This document shows positions 36,442 through 45,682 of a stretch of DNA of 64,000 bases, piece after piece. The notes beneath the pieces are model-generated. The model did no database searches. It was not told the origin of the DNA and saw only the letters and a program-made list of their open reading frames with translations. Source of the stretch: an uncultured Thermoleophilia bacterium (GTDB lineage: Bacteria > Actinomycetota > Thermoleophilia > Solirubrobacterales > CAVPYU01); assembly GCA_963710065.1 (NCBI GenBank), contig CAVPYU010000009.1, forward strand, positions 127,065-191,064, given 5' to 3'. The position numbers and the translations under genes were made by a program. Position 1 is the first letter of the stretch, and each line of letters starts with the position of its first letter.

Positions 36442-37194
36442 ATGAAATCTCAAAGCAAGACCAAACAGGTAGTGATCGCTGCAGCGATACTGGGCTTTTT
36501 GATCTCAGGATTTGCGGTCGGTTCCACTGGCGATGCGCTGCGGGCCGGAAAAACTGTCACCGCGGGGTCCGACAGGCAGACCGTCCTGAAATCAAACAAC
36601 GACAAGTCAGGTTTCAACGGCTACGGCTTCAGGGTCCAAAACAAGGCGAAGAAAAACGGTGGAGGAGCGTTGATGTCGTGCTACACGCCGGACGCCGGCT
36701 GCTTCTACGGAACCAACAAAAGCAGTACAGGTGGACCGGGTGTAAAGGCACGGTCTGACAAGGGAGTTCCACTGGAGATCTCAAACGCCGATACGACAAA
36801 AGCGCCGATGACCGTCAACTCGAGTGTGAGGGTCACCAATCTACACGCTTCTAACTCGGGGCAGCTGGAAGGACAGGGACCGGAGCACTACGCATCGGCC
36901 GGAGTTCGTGTATCAACCGCCGGCGCCGTGCTCAATCCGGGCTCATACGGACTGGACACCGCTCAGGGTGGCGGTACCGGAGTTGCTCGCACCGGAGTCG
37001 GGACCTATTCGGTCTGGCTGCCCAGCCCATCCGACCAGTACCTGATCCAGGTCACCGCGGACTCCATTCTCGCCAGCACCTGCCAGGTGAGCCTGGTGCT
37101 CAACACCAGTGGGCTGACATCGATCACCTGCCGCAACGTCACTACCGGCGTCGCTGCGGATTCTAACTTCTACTTCTCGGCCACAAAGCCCTAG
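36442..37194 (+). CDS. secreted protein of unknown function, tandem paralogue B
   Basis: 250-aa ORF with an AAGGAGG RBS. See paralogue A. Confidence 0.75.
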   Translation: MKSQSKTKQVVIAAAILGFLISGFAVGSTGDALRAGKTVTAGSDRQTVLKSNNDKSGFNGYGFRVQNKAKKNGGGALMSCYTPDAGCFYGTNKSSTGGPGVKARSDKGVPLEISNADTTKAPMTVNSSVRVTNLHASNSGQLEGQGPEHYASAGVRVSTAGAVLNPGSYGLDTAQGGGTGVARTGVGTYSVWLPSPSDQYLIQVTADSILASTCQVSLVLNTSGLTSITCRNVTTGVAADSNFYFSATKP

Positions 37195-37217
37195 CCAAGT
37201 AAATAAGCGCGATTAAA

Positions 37218-37247
37218 GACGGGGCGGGAAACCGCCCCGTCTTTTTC
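37218..37247 (+). terminator. rho-independent terminator (near-copy of the one at 36318)
   Basis: GACGGGGCGG-GAAA-CCGCCCCGTC followed by TTTTTC. Confidence 0.8.
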
Positions 37248-37248
37248 T

Positions 37249-38484
37249 ATGCAAGAATGCTCTTCCTTCATGCAACGGACAAACGACAAATTGCCAGCGA
37301 TATCAAGCAGCGCGTGGAAGCGGTTGGCAGCCTGCACCGCTGCTGCAGCACTGTTACAGATCGACGGTACGCTGATCACGGTAGCTCTACCGTCGGTTGA
37401 AACATCGCTTAATGTCAGCTCCGACACGGTTGCCTGGGTCCTGACTGCTTATTTTGCATCCTACGCAGTTGCGCTCTTCCCCGGAGGTAGGCTGACCGAC
37501 AAGATTGGATCACGCTCAGTCGCACTCTTTGGCCTTGTACTGTTCGCGCTCGGCGCCCTGATCGGAGCAGTCGCTCAGAGCTTCACGGTACTAATAGTCT
37601 CCCGTGTTGTCCAAGGTATGGGCGCGGGACTGGTAAGCCCGGCAACCCTCGCGGGAGCGGTGAGCGGTTTTCCCCCAGAGCGGCGGGGCTCGGCGCTTGG
37701 AATATGGGGAGCGGCCTCCGGTGCATCGAACCTGGCTGGGCCACTGCTCGGGGGTGCGCTCGTTGTGATCAGCGGTTGGCGTGCCTGCTGGTGGGCGCTG
37801 GTACCGTTGAGCGTGATCGCCATATACCTTGTCTGGCAAAGCGTTCCCGGTACTGTCCACTTCGACGAGACTCCCGATGTCGAGGATCTGCGTAAGCGTG
37901 TGGTGGCAGCCGGGGCGGTCGTCGCAGGGCTGACCTTCACAGTCATGATCGGCGCATTCTTCCTCGCACAGCAGTACCTCCAGCAGGTGGCAGACTACTC
38001 CGCGCTGGGCGCCGGTGCAGTTCTGATGATCGTTGCACTGTTGGTTGTGGTAGCAGCTCCAGTCGCGGGACGGCTGTGTGATCGCGTCGGCGAGCGGTGG
38101 CCCGCGGTGGCAGGATTCTTGCTTACTGCAACCGGTTTCCTGGTGCTCGGCATCCCGGGGGTTCCTCTGGCCGGCATCGAAGCACTTCCCTTGCTCGCCC
38201 TGGTGGGGGTAGGGCTGGGACTTCTATTTACGCCGGCGTCGCGAGCCGCTCTAAACGCTGTTTCCCAGAGACAACACGGTCGCATCTCGGCGGTGCTGTC
38301 TGCCGCTCGATTGTTCGGCGCCGCAGTCGGGTCGATCCTCGCGGGAGCTGCCGTCTCTACCGGTGTAACCGCAGATAACGTCAAGAGCGCCCTGCTCATT
38401 GCAGCCGCGATCTGCATCGTTCTAGGGCTTCCCTTTGCGGCCCGCTTGGGCAAGCCACGCCTCGCCGATACAAGACCGGCGTAA
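37249..38484 (+). CDS. MFS transporter
   Basis: 411-aa ORF with ~12 hydrophobic segments and the MFS motif A-like GGRLTDKIGSR. The start could be the Met at 37270. Confidence 0.85.
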   Translation: MQECSSFMQRTNDKLPAISSSAWKRLAACTAAAALLQIDGTLITVALPSVETSLNVSSDTVAWVLTAYFASYAVALFPGGRLTDKIGSRSVALFGLVLFALGALIGAVAQSFTVLIVSRVVQGMGAGLVSPATLAGAVSGFPPERRGSALGIWGAASGASNLAGPLLGGALVVISGWRACWWALVPLSVIAIYLVWQSVPGTVHFDETPDVEDLRKRVVAAGAVVAGLTFTVMIGAFFLAQQYLQQVADYSALGAGAVLMIVALLVVVAAPVAGRLCDRVGERWPAVAGFLLTATGFLVLGIPGVPLAGIEALPLLALVGVGLGLLFTPASRAALNAVSQRQHGRISAVLSAARLFGAAVGSILAGAAVSTGVTADNVKSALLIAAAICIVLGLPFAARLGKPRLADTRPA

Positions 38485-38494
38485 CTTACAAGAG

Positions 38495-40033
38495 TCAGGA
38501 TTTGTGCGCAGTGCTTTCCGCAACCGCAACTGGCATCGCGTAGAGCTCAACTGGCTCGTCCTTGCCCTTGAGCATCACAGGCTCTCTTGGCTGGAGAATC
38601 GTGCTGTCGTTCAACCGTTGGTAGGTCTCTGCCGAGATCAGGAGCCGATCGCCTGTCTTGCGGGTGAACTCCTCGATGCGAGAGGCAACATTCACGGTGT
38701 CACCGATAACACTGAACTCCAGCCTCCCACCACCACCGACGCTGCCCGCAATTACTTTGCCTGAGTTGATACCCATGCCTACTTCCAGCTCGTCACCGAA
38801 CTGGTCGCTTATCTCGTGAAGTATCTCCTGCGCCGCACGCAAGGCCCGGTCTGCATGATCTGCATGTCTTTCGGGTGCGCCGAAGACCGCCAGCAGACCG
38901 TCACCGATGAACTTGTTGGCGTGCCCACCGTGCTTGTGCAGCACCGGCACGATGCACTCGTAGAAGCTGTTTAGCAGGTTGACGACCTCACGTGGGCTTG
39001 AATTGGACGCGATCGCAGTGAAGTCGCGGATATCGGCAAAGAGAACCGACACATCTATCTCCTCGCCCTCAAGCAACTCACCCTTCTCCATCACACGTTC
39101 GGCAACCCTGGTGCCGACGTAGCTTCCAAAGGCCTCGCGCAGGCGCTCGCGCTCAGCTATGCCGGCGACCATCTCGTTGAAGTTTCTGGCAAGTGTGCCG
39201 ATCTCATCGCTCGATGTAATCGGAACACGCACGTCGAGATCGCCTTTCGACACGCTCTGTGTAGCTCGTACCAGTTCATGTACCGGAACCAGTATCGATC
39301 TCATCAGCAGAATGGTCATCTCCAAGGCAATGGTGAAAGCCACGGCAACGACGATCAGTACATCTACTCCCAAGCCAAGGATTCCACCCTGTTCGTTTGC
39401 CGACAGACTGGCAACCACCAACCCTGTTATTACGCTGATCATTGGCAGACTCATCAAGAGCTTCCACTTGAGCGGTAGAACACTCGGTCCCCCCGGTAGC
39501 TCACCGGGCATCGACTGTGAGATCCGAACTACGACCGGTCGCATCCCCAACTCCAACGCAAAGTAGTGCAGGACGAAGGCGTAGGCGACCGATGCGCAGG
39601 TGGCAACGTAGAGAATCGCTGTCTCGGTGATGCTCAAGTTGAGCGCGAAATAGGCGTAGATCGCGACCGGCAACGCAATCGATATGAACGGCACAATCTT
39701 TGCCTTTTTAAGAAAGTTGGCCGGCATCGAGATAGCCGACTGCCAGGCTTCGATCGTCTGCGCGGGACCTTTGCTTCCAGCTAGCCAACTTTTAACTGAG
39801 CGCAGATACGACGCGATGCGGATGGTTGCCACCAGCATCGTCAAGGCGACCACCGCTTCCGAGAAGATCAAGAAGCGAACGAACTCGCCACTGGGAAAAT
39901 CCACGTATGCCGTCAGGAACAAACAGGCTCCGGCGGTTATCAAAAAAGCCGCCTGAAGCTCCAGAACGACAAAGGCCACAGGGTATCTGGGCCCAAGCCA
40001 ATCCAATGCCGCTGTCAGTATTCGTTGACGCAT
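38495..40033 (-). CDS. membrane-bound class III adenylate/guanylate cyclase with HAMP domain
   Basis: 512-aa ORF with N-terminal TM segments, a HAMP domain (VPVHELVRATQSVSKGDLDVRV...SSDEIGTLARNFNEMV) and cyclase motifs VLFADIRDFT, KFIGDGLLAVFGAP, GINSGKVIAGSVG. Confidence 0.9.
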   Translation of the reverse strand: MRQRILTAALDWLGPRYPVAFVVLELQAAFLITAGACLFLTAYVDFPSGEFVRFLIFSEAVVALTMLVATIRIASYLRSVKSWLAGSKGPAQTIEAWQSAISMPANFLKKAKIVPFISIALPVAIYAYFALNLSITETAILYVATCASVAYAFVLHYFALELGMRPVVVRISQSMPGELPGGPSVLPLKWKLLMSLPMISVITGLVVASLSANEQGGILGLGVDVLIVVAVAFTIALEMTILLMRSILVPVHELVRATQSVSKGDLDVRVPITSSDEIGTLARNFNEMVAGIAERERLREAFGSYVGTRVAERVMEKGELLEGEEIDVSVLFADIRDFTAIASNSSPREVVNLLNSFYECIVPVLHKHGGHANKFIGDGLLAVFGAPERHADHADRALRAAQEILHEISDQFGDELEVGMGINSGKVIAGSVGGGGRLEFSVIGDTVNVASRIEEFTRKTGDRLLISAETYQRLNDSTILQPREPVMLKGKDEPVELYAMPVAVAESTAHKS

Positions 40034-40073
40034 ACCCCCATATTGTTACGCATATTGTGATAAGAATCCCGAT

Positions 40074-40499
40074 ATGAGTGAAACTGATAACACCATGAAG
40101 TTAGCCCGTATGACCACCGCGATGATGTCAGCGTTCGATGCTGGCCTGGGAGCGGTCTCGCTTTTCAAGCCCGAGCTGCTGGAAAAACTGCTCGGTCTTG
40201 AGCAAGACGAGAGTGGCCGTGCGATGTTGCAGAGGACAGGAATCATCTGGCTTGCGTACTCAGCAGCTCACTGTGTAGCCTTTTCCAGGGGACGCAGTGG
40301 TGACTGGACTACGCTTGCCTGGATGCGTGCGATGGAGATACCCGCAGATCCTATATGGGCCCTGCGTAACAGGAAACGACTGAAGCCGCGAGGCCTTGGG
40401 ACGTTGATCGGCTTCACGCCGACAGTAAACATCGTATACACAGCACTCTTTGCAGCAGCAGCGAAAAAGGCGAGAGAAAAAGAAGCAGCAAACGAGTAA
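40074..40499 (+). CDS. hypothetical small membrane protein
   Basis: 141-aa ORF with hydrophobic segments. No motif recognised. Confidence 0.45.
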   Translation: MSETDNTMKLARMTTAMMSAFDAGLGAVSLFKPELLEKLLGLEQDESGRAMLQRTGIIWLAYSAAHCVAFSRGRSGDWTTLAWMRAMEIPADPIWALRNRKRLKPRGLGTLIGFTPTVNIVYTALFAAAAKKAREKEAANE

Positions 40500-40559
40500 G
40501 CCGTACCAAGGCAAGCTCTTACGCTAAGTATCAACCGCTCTCAGAAGCGGCTATAGACA

Positions 40560-40641
40560 TGCCCGGGGCGGGAGTCGAACCCGCATACCGCTAGGGCAGG
40601 TGATTTTAAGTCACCCGTGTATACCGTTCCACCACCCGGGC
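40560..40641 (-). tRNA. tRNA-Leu (anticodon TAA), long variable arm, CCA not encoded
   Basis: The reverse complement is GCCCGGGTGGTGGAACGGTATACACGGGTGACTTAAAATCACCTGCCCTAGCGGTATGCGGGTTCGACTCCCGCCCCGGGCA. It has a 7-bp acceptor stem, anticodon stem GGTGA/TCACC with loop CTTAAAA, and T-arm GCGGG-TTCGACT-CCCGC. Confidence 0.9.
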
Positions 40642-40776
40642 GCGGCAACATCCAGTATAAGGCTGCAGGCGTAACATGACGATACATCTAGCGTACCTAT
40701 ATAGAGAGCTGCCTAAATTTCAATTAGACAGGAACCTTCGGCATGGTACGGTGTTGTTATAAGTAGAAAGGACCAC

Positions 40777-42318
40777 GTGGGTTCAACGACGCTAAAAGAA
40801 AGCGCCCGACGAGGAATATTCGCGGGCCGTTCGCCGCTACTGCGGCTACAGTCGGATGACCGGCTGGTAGCGCTTGTCCGAGATGGCAACGTTGCAGCGT
40901 TTGAGAACCTGTTCGAGAGATATCGGTCCAGGCTACTCGCCTTCTGCAGGCATATGCTGCGATCACAGGAGGATGCAGAAGACGTCCTGCAGGAGGTTTT
41001 TGCCTCTGCCTACAACGCTATGCGCGCTGACGATCGTAAGATTCAGGTTCGGCCATGGCTATACAGGATCTCCAGGAACAGATGCCTCAACCATCTACGC
41101 CGACCGGTCCACGAGGGTCAGGATACGATCGATGCCCGCAGCGACGGCAACGGAACGACCGATGACCGCGTACAGAACCGTGCCGTCTTCCGCAACCTGG
41201 TTGCCGATGTCGGTGAACTGCCAGAGTCACAGCGCTCCGCCTTGCTACTTAGAGAGATAGACGACCTCTCCTACGATCAGATCGCCGATGCGATGGAGAC
41301 GACGATTCCAAGCATTAAGTCACTGCTGGTCAGAGCACGAGTCTCACTCGCAGAGGCGGCCGAAGCGCGTGAGATGACGTGTGATGAGGTCAGGATTGAG
41401 CTGGGCGAGGTTGCCGAAGGGTTGAAAAAGACAACGCCACCGGTTCGCCGACACGTACGTCAGTGCGAACAGTGCGCGAAGTTCAAATCGAAGCTTAAGA
41501 GGACAACCAGAGATATGCATGCGCTGTTTCCAGCGAGCACGCTTATCTTGTTCAAGAATGTCATCGCTGCCAAACTGGCCGCTCTTACGGGTGGTGGCGC
41601 CGCGACCGGTGGAGGAGCCACGGTCGGAGGAGGCGCTGTTGCGGGTGGCGGTACTGCCATAGGCGGAAGCGCTGCTGCCGGAATTGGCGCCGCAGCCGGA
41701 GGCGCTGCGCTGGGCGGCGCAACGGCCGGTAGTGTGGCTACTGGAGTCGGCGGCGCGGCGATCGGAACCAAGATCGCAGCGACAGCTGCGGCAGCTGCGA
41801 TCGCTACCGCGGGTGTTGCTGGAGTTACGAATAATTCACCAACCGCTGACCAACACGCCGTAAAACAAACCAAGTCTAAGGTTGCCCAGGTCAAGGTGAG
41901 TAGCGCAACGGTGACGACGGCAGCACCTCAGGTGGAGGTCTCAGAGGCAACCGTTCAACCCGCACCGCCCGAGGTTCCACAGACACCGGTCCAACCGGCT
42001 GAGAGCCAAGTACCACCTGCTGGCGATACTGCTCCTGCCCCGGCTGACGAGAATGACGACAAAAAGGTTGCCGAGGAAAAGGGTGAGGCAGAGCTTGATA
42101 ATGAGCCGGCCGAAGAGACCGCAGAGCCGATCCCTCCAGCCGAAGGAACCGGCAAAGGTACGGCAACACCGCCCGAGACAACTCCAGCCCCACCGCCACA
42201 AGGAGGGCCAAGCCCGCCACCGCCGGATCCGCCTGCTGAAGGTGACGGCGATGGAGGCGCGGCGCCAGAATCGGACCCAGGTTCAGAATCCGACCCCGAC
42301 ACCCCTCCGGCCGAGTAG
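40777..42318 (+). CDS. ECF sigma factor fused in-frame to a zinc-finger anti-sigma (ZAS) domain, TM segment and Pro-rich tail
   Basis: 513-aa ORF with a GTG start. It has sigma region 2 (DVLQEVFASAYNAM...WLYRISRNRCLNHLR) and region 4 (LPESQRSALLLREIDDLSYDQIADAM). These are followed by MTCDEVRIELGEVAEG...HVRQCEQCAKF (zf-HC2), a Gly/Ala-rich hydrophobic stretch and a PAPPE/PPPP tail. Confidence 0.85.
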   Translation: MGSTTLKESARRGIFAGRSPLLRLQSDDRLVALVRDGNVAAFENLFERYRSRLLAFCRHMLRSQEDAEDVLQEVFASAYNAMRADDRKIQVRPWLYRISRNRCLNHLRRPVHEGQDTIDARSDGNGTTDDRVQNRAVFRNLVADVGELPESQRSALLLREIDDLSYDQIADAMETTIPSIKSLLVRARVSLAEAAEAREMTCDEVRIELGEVAEGLKKTTPPVRRHVRQCEQCAKFKSKLKRTTRDMHALFPASTLILFKNVIAAKLAALTGGGAATGGGATVGGGAVAGGGTAIGGSAAAGIGAAAGGAALGGATAGSVATGVGGAAIGTKIAATAAAAAIATAGVAGVTNNSPTADQHAVKQTKSKVAQVKVSSATVTTAAPQVEVSEATVQPAPPEVPQTPVQPAESQVPPAGDTAPAPADENDDKKVAEEKGEAELDNEPAEETAEPIPPAEGTGKGTATPPETTPAPPPQGGPSPPPPDPPAEGDGDGGAAPESDPGSESDPDTPPAE

Positions 42319-42364
42319 GCCTTTCAAGTAGTTTGTCTTTTAGCAGACTACGATAGGGGGTTGT

Positions 42365-43183
42365 ATGGGCAAGACGGTTAACGTAGGCGACATCGACCTC
42401 TACTACGAGTTCCACGGCTCTGGAGAGCCTGTTCTCTTCGTTCACGGCTTGGGCGCAGACCGCCAGTCCTGGATGTTCCAGGTAAAGCAGATGAGTGATC
42501 GGCACCAGCTGATCGTTTTCGACAACCGCGACGCCGGCAAAAGCTCGCGCAGCCCGAAAAACTACGACATTAGGCAACTAGCCGATGACACACTTGGACT
42601 GATCGAAGCCCTCAAGTTAAAGCGTTTCCATCTTGTTGGATCCTCGATGGGAGGCGCGATCGCACAAGTTGTCGCACTGTCTGCGCCAGAAAAGCTTGCA
42701 TCGCTCTCACTTCTTGGCACCTACCACAGCGTCGATCCAAGCATGAGGTCAGCGTTCGACGCCTGGGCAGACATCTATCGAGCGGTGACCCGTGAACAGT
42801 TCTTCCGCGCCTGGTTCCCGTTGATCTACAACCGCAAGTTCTGGGTTGAAAATCCTGAAACGATCGAAGAACTTATGCAGTTCACGATCGACAATCCGGA
42901 TGCCCCCGATGCAGATGCACTGGATCGACAGACCAAAGCAGCAGTTTCTCACAACGCAACCGACCTGCTGAAGGAGATCAATATACCGACACAGGTTCTC
43001 TGTGGCCAAGCAGATATGTTGACTCCCTCGAATATCTCAAACGAGATCGCGACCGCAATCCCCGACGCCCATCTCAAGAGCTACCCAGATACCGGACACG
43101 CGTTCTTCATCGAGAAAGCTACTGAAGTCTGTGCAGACCTTGGAGGTTTCTTTTCCAAGCACCCGGTCGGCAGCTCCAGCTAG
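42365..43183 (+). CDS. alpha/beta-fold hydrolase
   Basis: 272-aa ORF with HGLGAD, the nucleophile elbow VGSSMGG and a C-terminal GH. Confidence 0.85.
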   Translation: MGKTVNVGDIDLYYEFHGSGEPVLFVHGLGADRQSWMFQVKQMSDRHQLIVFDNRDAGKSSRSPKNYDIRQLADDTLGLIEALKLKRFHLVGSSMGGAIAQVVALSAPEKLASLSLLGTYHSVDPSMRSAFDAWADIYRAVTREQFFRAWFPLIYNRKFWVENPETIEELMQFTIDNPDAPDADALDRQTKAAVSHNATDLLKEINIPTQVLCGQADMLTPSNISNEIATAIPDAHLKSYPDTGHAFFIEKATEVCADLGGFFSKHPVGSSS

Positions 43184-43210
43184 CGACAGGCCGAAACAGC
43201 TCAACTGCAG

Positions 43211-45571
43211 TTACTTCTTGCTCCTCTTCTTCTTCGCCTTCTTGATCTTCGCCTCATCGGTGGCTTTGTTCTTGCGATCGGTCGAGGCGGTGAAGGTGAC
43301 AGTGCTCTTCTTTGAAGGGTTGCGCAGGAACTTCCCTCTGTCTGTGAGTGAGAGCTCAATCTTCTTAAGTGCGTACTTAGTCGGTAGACGCTTGATTTGA
43401 AGATAACGAGACTTGATCTTGAATTGCAGCTTCTTTACGTCTTTTTTGTAGCGACTGTAGGCGCGCTTCAGACTGGCCTTCTTTTTACCTTTTGCCTTGC
43501 GTATCTTGCGCTTGAAGCTCTTTGCTGTGCCTTTGCTTGGATATGCCTTGATACGGCCACGCTTGGCTAGAAGCCTTACTCTTCTGCTTTCTTTCTTGCG
43601 TTTAATGAGAAGAGTTCCTATCTCAAAGCCCCTCTTCTTGTATCTGCGTGTCCTGCTCAAGCGCATAATCTGCTTGGTAGATGCCTTGAGAGTCTTCTTC
43701 TTTGAGTTGCCCAGCTTCAGTTTGAACGTCTTTAGCTTCTGTGGGTCTTTAAGCTCATACTCTGCATCGAGGGCTGTATATGCTTTTGTGCGGCTGGTAG
43801 ATAGATCTATGGATAGATCTGCATCTGGTGTCTCAAGCGTCCTTACAGTGCCTCCTATGTCTATAGATGAGCTGTATGTATGGGTTGCTCCATTCCAACC
43901 CTCAAAGGAGACCGAGTAGGGATATCTTCCCGGAAGAGCGTTTCTGAAGATGCTCCCTCCTTGTTTGTCGTCGATCGATATCTGAAACTCAGATATCGGT
44001 ACCTGTGGTAGCTCGCCCGAGGTGGCAGAGACGACACCGTTTGCTGCATCTATCCGTGCACTCAAAGGGATCTCGATCGGGATCGCTTGATTTCCGACCC
44101 GTCCGTTAAGAGAGATCGTCATACCCAGTGTGCCGTCTGAGCGTGGACTCCGTAGATAAAGGTTCCCTGTGAATGCGTTGGGTGATATCGGTGATTTAGC
44201 GACTGCTGTGCCCAGGTTTGACCCTGCAGGGCACTGGTGTACGGCGAGTGAGTCGTCGCAGGTCACCAGGTTGTCGATGTTTACAAAGAACTTGGGTAGG
44301 GTCATAGAGACGCTCTTCATGTGTGCCTCGCCGTAGCTTTGCCTTATTGCGATATCTATCTTCGGCACGTCTCCTGTGTTGTATGTGCTTAAACTAATCG
44401 GTGATTGGGGTGCGAAGGGAAGTGCGGCACAGTCGGTTATGTTCAGGGAAGTTGAGCCAAACTTGGACTTCGTACCAGGAAAGGTCGCAGTAGCTTCCGG
44501 TAACAGCGGCCAACTGGTAAAGGTTGCATTGAAGACATCGGGGCCGCAATCTGTCGAGTTGGTGAGGAAGTGTCTGTTCAGTGAGGCGCCCTTCTTGCCA
44601 TTTAAGGCCAGGTCCATCTCACGAATGTCGAAGTAGGCATTCGCCGGCACCCATGGAAATCCACCATCGGGATCCCAACCTCGTTTATAGCGCTCGGTTG
44701 CACCCGTGTATCTAACTATTCCCCCTTGGCCAAGATACGGTTTTCTATTCCAAATTCGGGCCTGCGCCTCGGCCTGTATCTGTCTTGGAGCCTCGGATAC
44801 CTCGGTCCTGACGCTCAAGTCACCATCGACTGAGATATCCACCCTCACAACGACAGGATCGGCCTTTACCTCCAATGAGGAAACACTCACCACTTCTTCG
44901 GTATTGGCACCACTTGGGATGTCGTTTTCAAACTCGGAGACATCGTATGTGGAGCTATCCGTGGGACTACCGTCACCTAATGCTTGTTTGCAGACCTCGC
45001 CTATCGGGTACGCGGTGTAGCAACCGGTCCAACCAATGCGCTGAATTTGAGGATCGATCACCATCCATAGGCTCGCTGCTGCACTTTGATGTGGAGGAGC
45101 CATGTAGACCTTGCCAGTAGTGGGAAAGTTGGGAAATGTCCAGGTCCTTACATTCGACCCGCCGATCACCCTGTATATCTGTGCATCGATCTTTGCATCG
45201 ATCGTGCCGATCTCGCTGGTGGATGCACAAGAGTCGTTTTGGGCACTTACGAAGTCACAGATAGTTGCTGCCTGAGGATTACCCATAACACCGCGGTCCA
45301 TCTTGATCGACACCGTTCGTACTTGAAGCTCGTCCTCGACCCGCCATCCTGCATTGTCGCTCGGTTTGTCGATCTTGAATGAAAGCTTGTCTGGAGATGC
45401 ACCGGCACGAAGATCGTCAGATCTAACTGACAGTGATGGCTCAAAGGTAGGTTCTGCTGCTCGTGACACTCCGGTCAGGCCAACTGTAAATAGAAGGAGG
45501 ACTGCGGTGGTCGTAGCGCCAATCGCTCGTCGGTGTCCCCGTAGTGCAACTGGTGTCGAAATCCTTCTCAT
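43211..45571 (-). CDS. large secreted protein with ~190-aa Lys/Arg-rich C-terminal module
   Basis: 786-aa ORF with an AAGGAGAG RBS and signal peptide (...LLLFTVGLTGVSRAAEP). The body has no recognised domain. The tail reads LKLGNSKKKTLKASTKQ...KRKIRKAKGKKKASLKRAYSRYKKDVKKLQFKIKSRYL...KIKKAKKKRSKK. Confidence 0.75.
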   Translation of the reverse strand: MRRISTPVALRGHRRAIGATTTAVLLLFTVGLTGVSRAAEPTFEPSLSVRSDDLRAGASPDKLSFKIDKPSDNAGWRVEDELQVRTVSIKMDRGVMGNPQAATICDFVSAQNDSCASTSEIGTIDAKIDAQIYRVIGGSNVRTWTFPNFPTTGKVYMAPPHQSAAASLWMVIDPQIQRIGWTGCYTAYPIGEVCKQALGDGSPTDSSTYDVSEFENDIPSGANTEEVVSVSSLEVKADPVVVRVDISVDGDLSVRTEVSEAPRQIQAEAQARIWNRKPYLGQGGIVRYTGATERYKRGWDPDGGFPWVPANAYFDIREMDLALNGKKGASLNRHFLTNSTDCGPDVFNATFTSWPLLPEATATFPGTKSKFGSTSLNITDCAALPFAPQSPISLSTYNTGDVPKIDIAIRQSYGEAHMKSVSMTLPKFFVNIDNLVTCDDSLAVHQCPAGSNLGTAVAKSPISPNAFTGNLYLRSPRSDGTLGMTISLNGRVGNQAIPIEIPLSARIDAANGVVSATSGELPQVPISEFQISIDDKQGGSIFRNALPGRYPYSVSFEGWNGATHTYSSSIDIGGTVRTLETPDADLSIDLSTSRTKAYTALDAEYELKDPQKLKTFKLKLGNSKKKTLKASTKQIMRLSRTRRYKKRGFEIGTLLIKRKKESRRVRLLAKRGRIKAYPSKGTAKSFKRKIRKAKGKKKASLKRAYSRYKKDVKKLQFKIKSRYLQIKRLPTKYALKKIELSLTDRGKFLRNPSKKSTVTFTASTDRKNKATDEAKIKKAKKKRSKK

Positions 45572-45622
45572 CTGTCTCTCCTTGCTTTACCCCTATTTTG
45601 CTTGCTCTTTGTTGCCTAATAA

Positions 45623-45672
45623 GTGGTGTCCACGTCGCCCAACAAACGACGACGTGGACATACCACTTTTTT
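45623..45672. terminator. strong intergenic hairpin between the 486-aa and 786-aa genes (T-tract on plus strand, A-tract on the gene strand)
   Basis: GTGGTGTCCACGTCG-(12 nt)-CGACGTGGACATACCAC followed by TTTTTT on the plus strand. Confidence 0.5.
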
Positions 45673-45682
45673 CTTTATCTAA

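Noticed and set aside
41110-41122. GAGGGTCAGGATACG within the sigma-factor gene, and GGGACCTGAG at 33662, resembling the element IR tip
   Set aside because: They are 7-8-nt chance matches inside coding or terminator sequence with no extended similarity.
41460-42577. Minus-strand ORFs (144, 228, 115 aa) opposite the Gly/Ala- and Pro-rich part of the sigma-factor gene
   Set aside because: The low-complexity template produces open antisense frames. They have no independent support.
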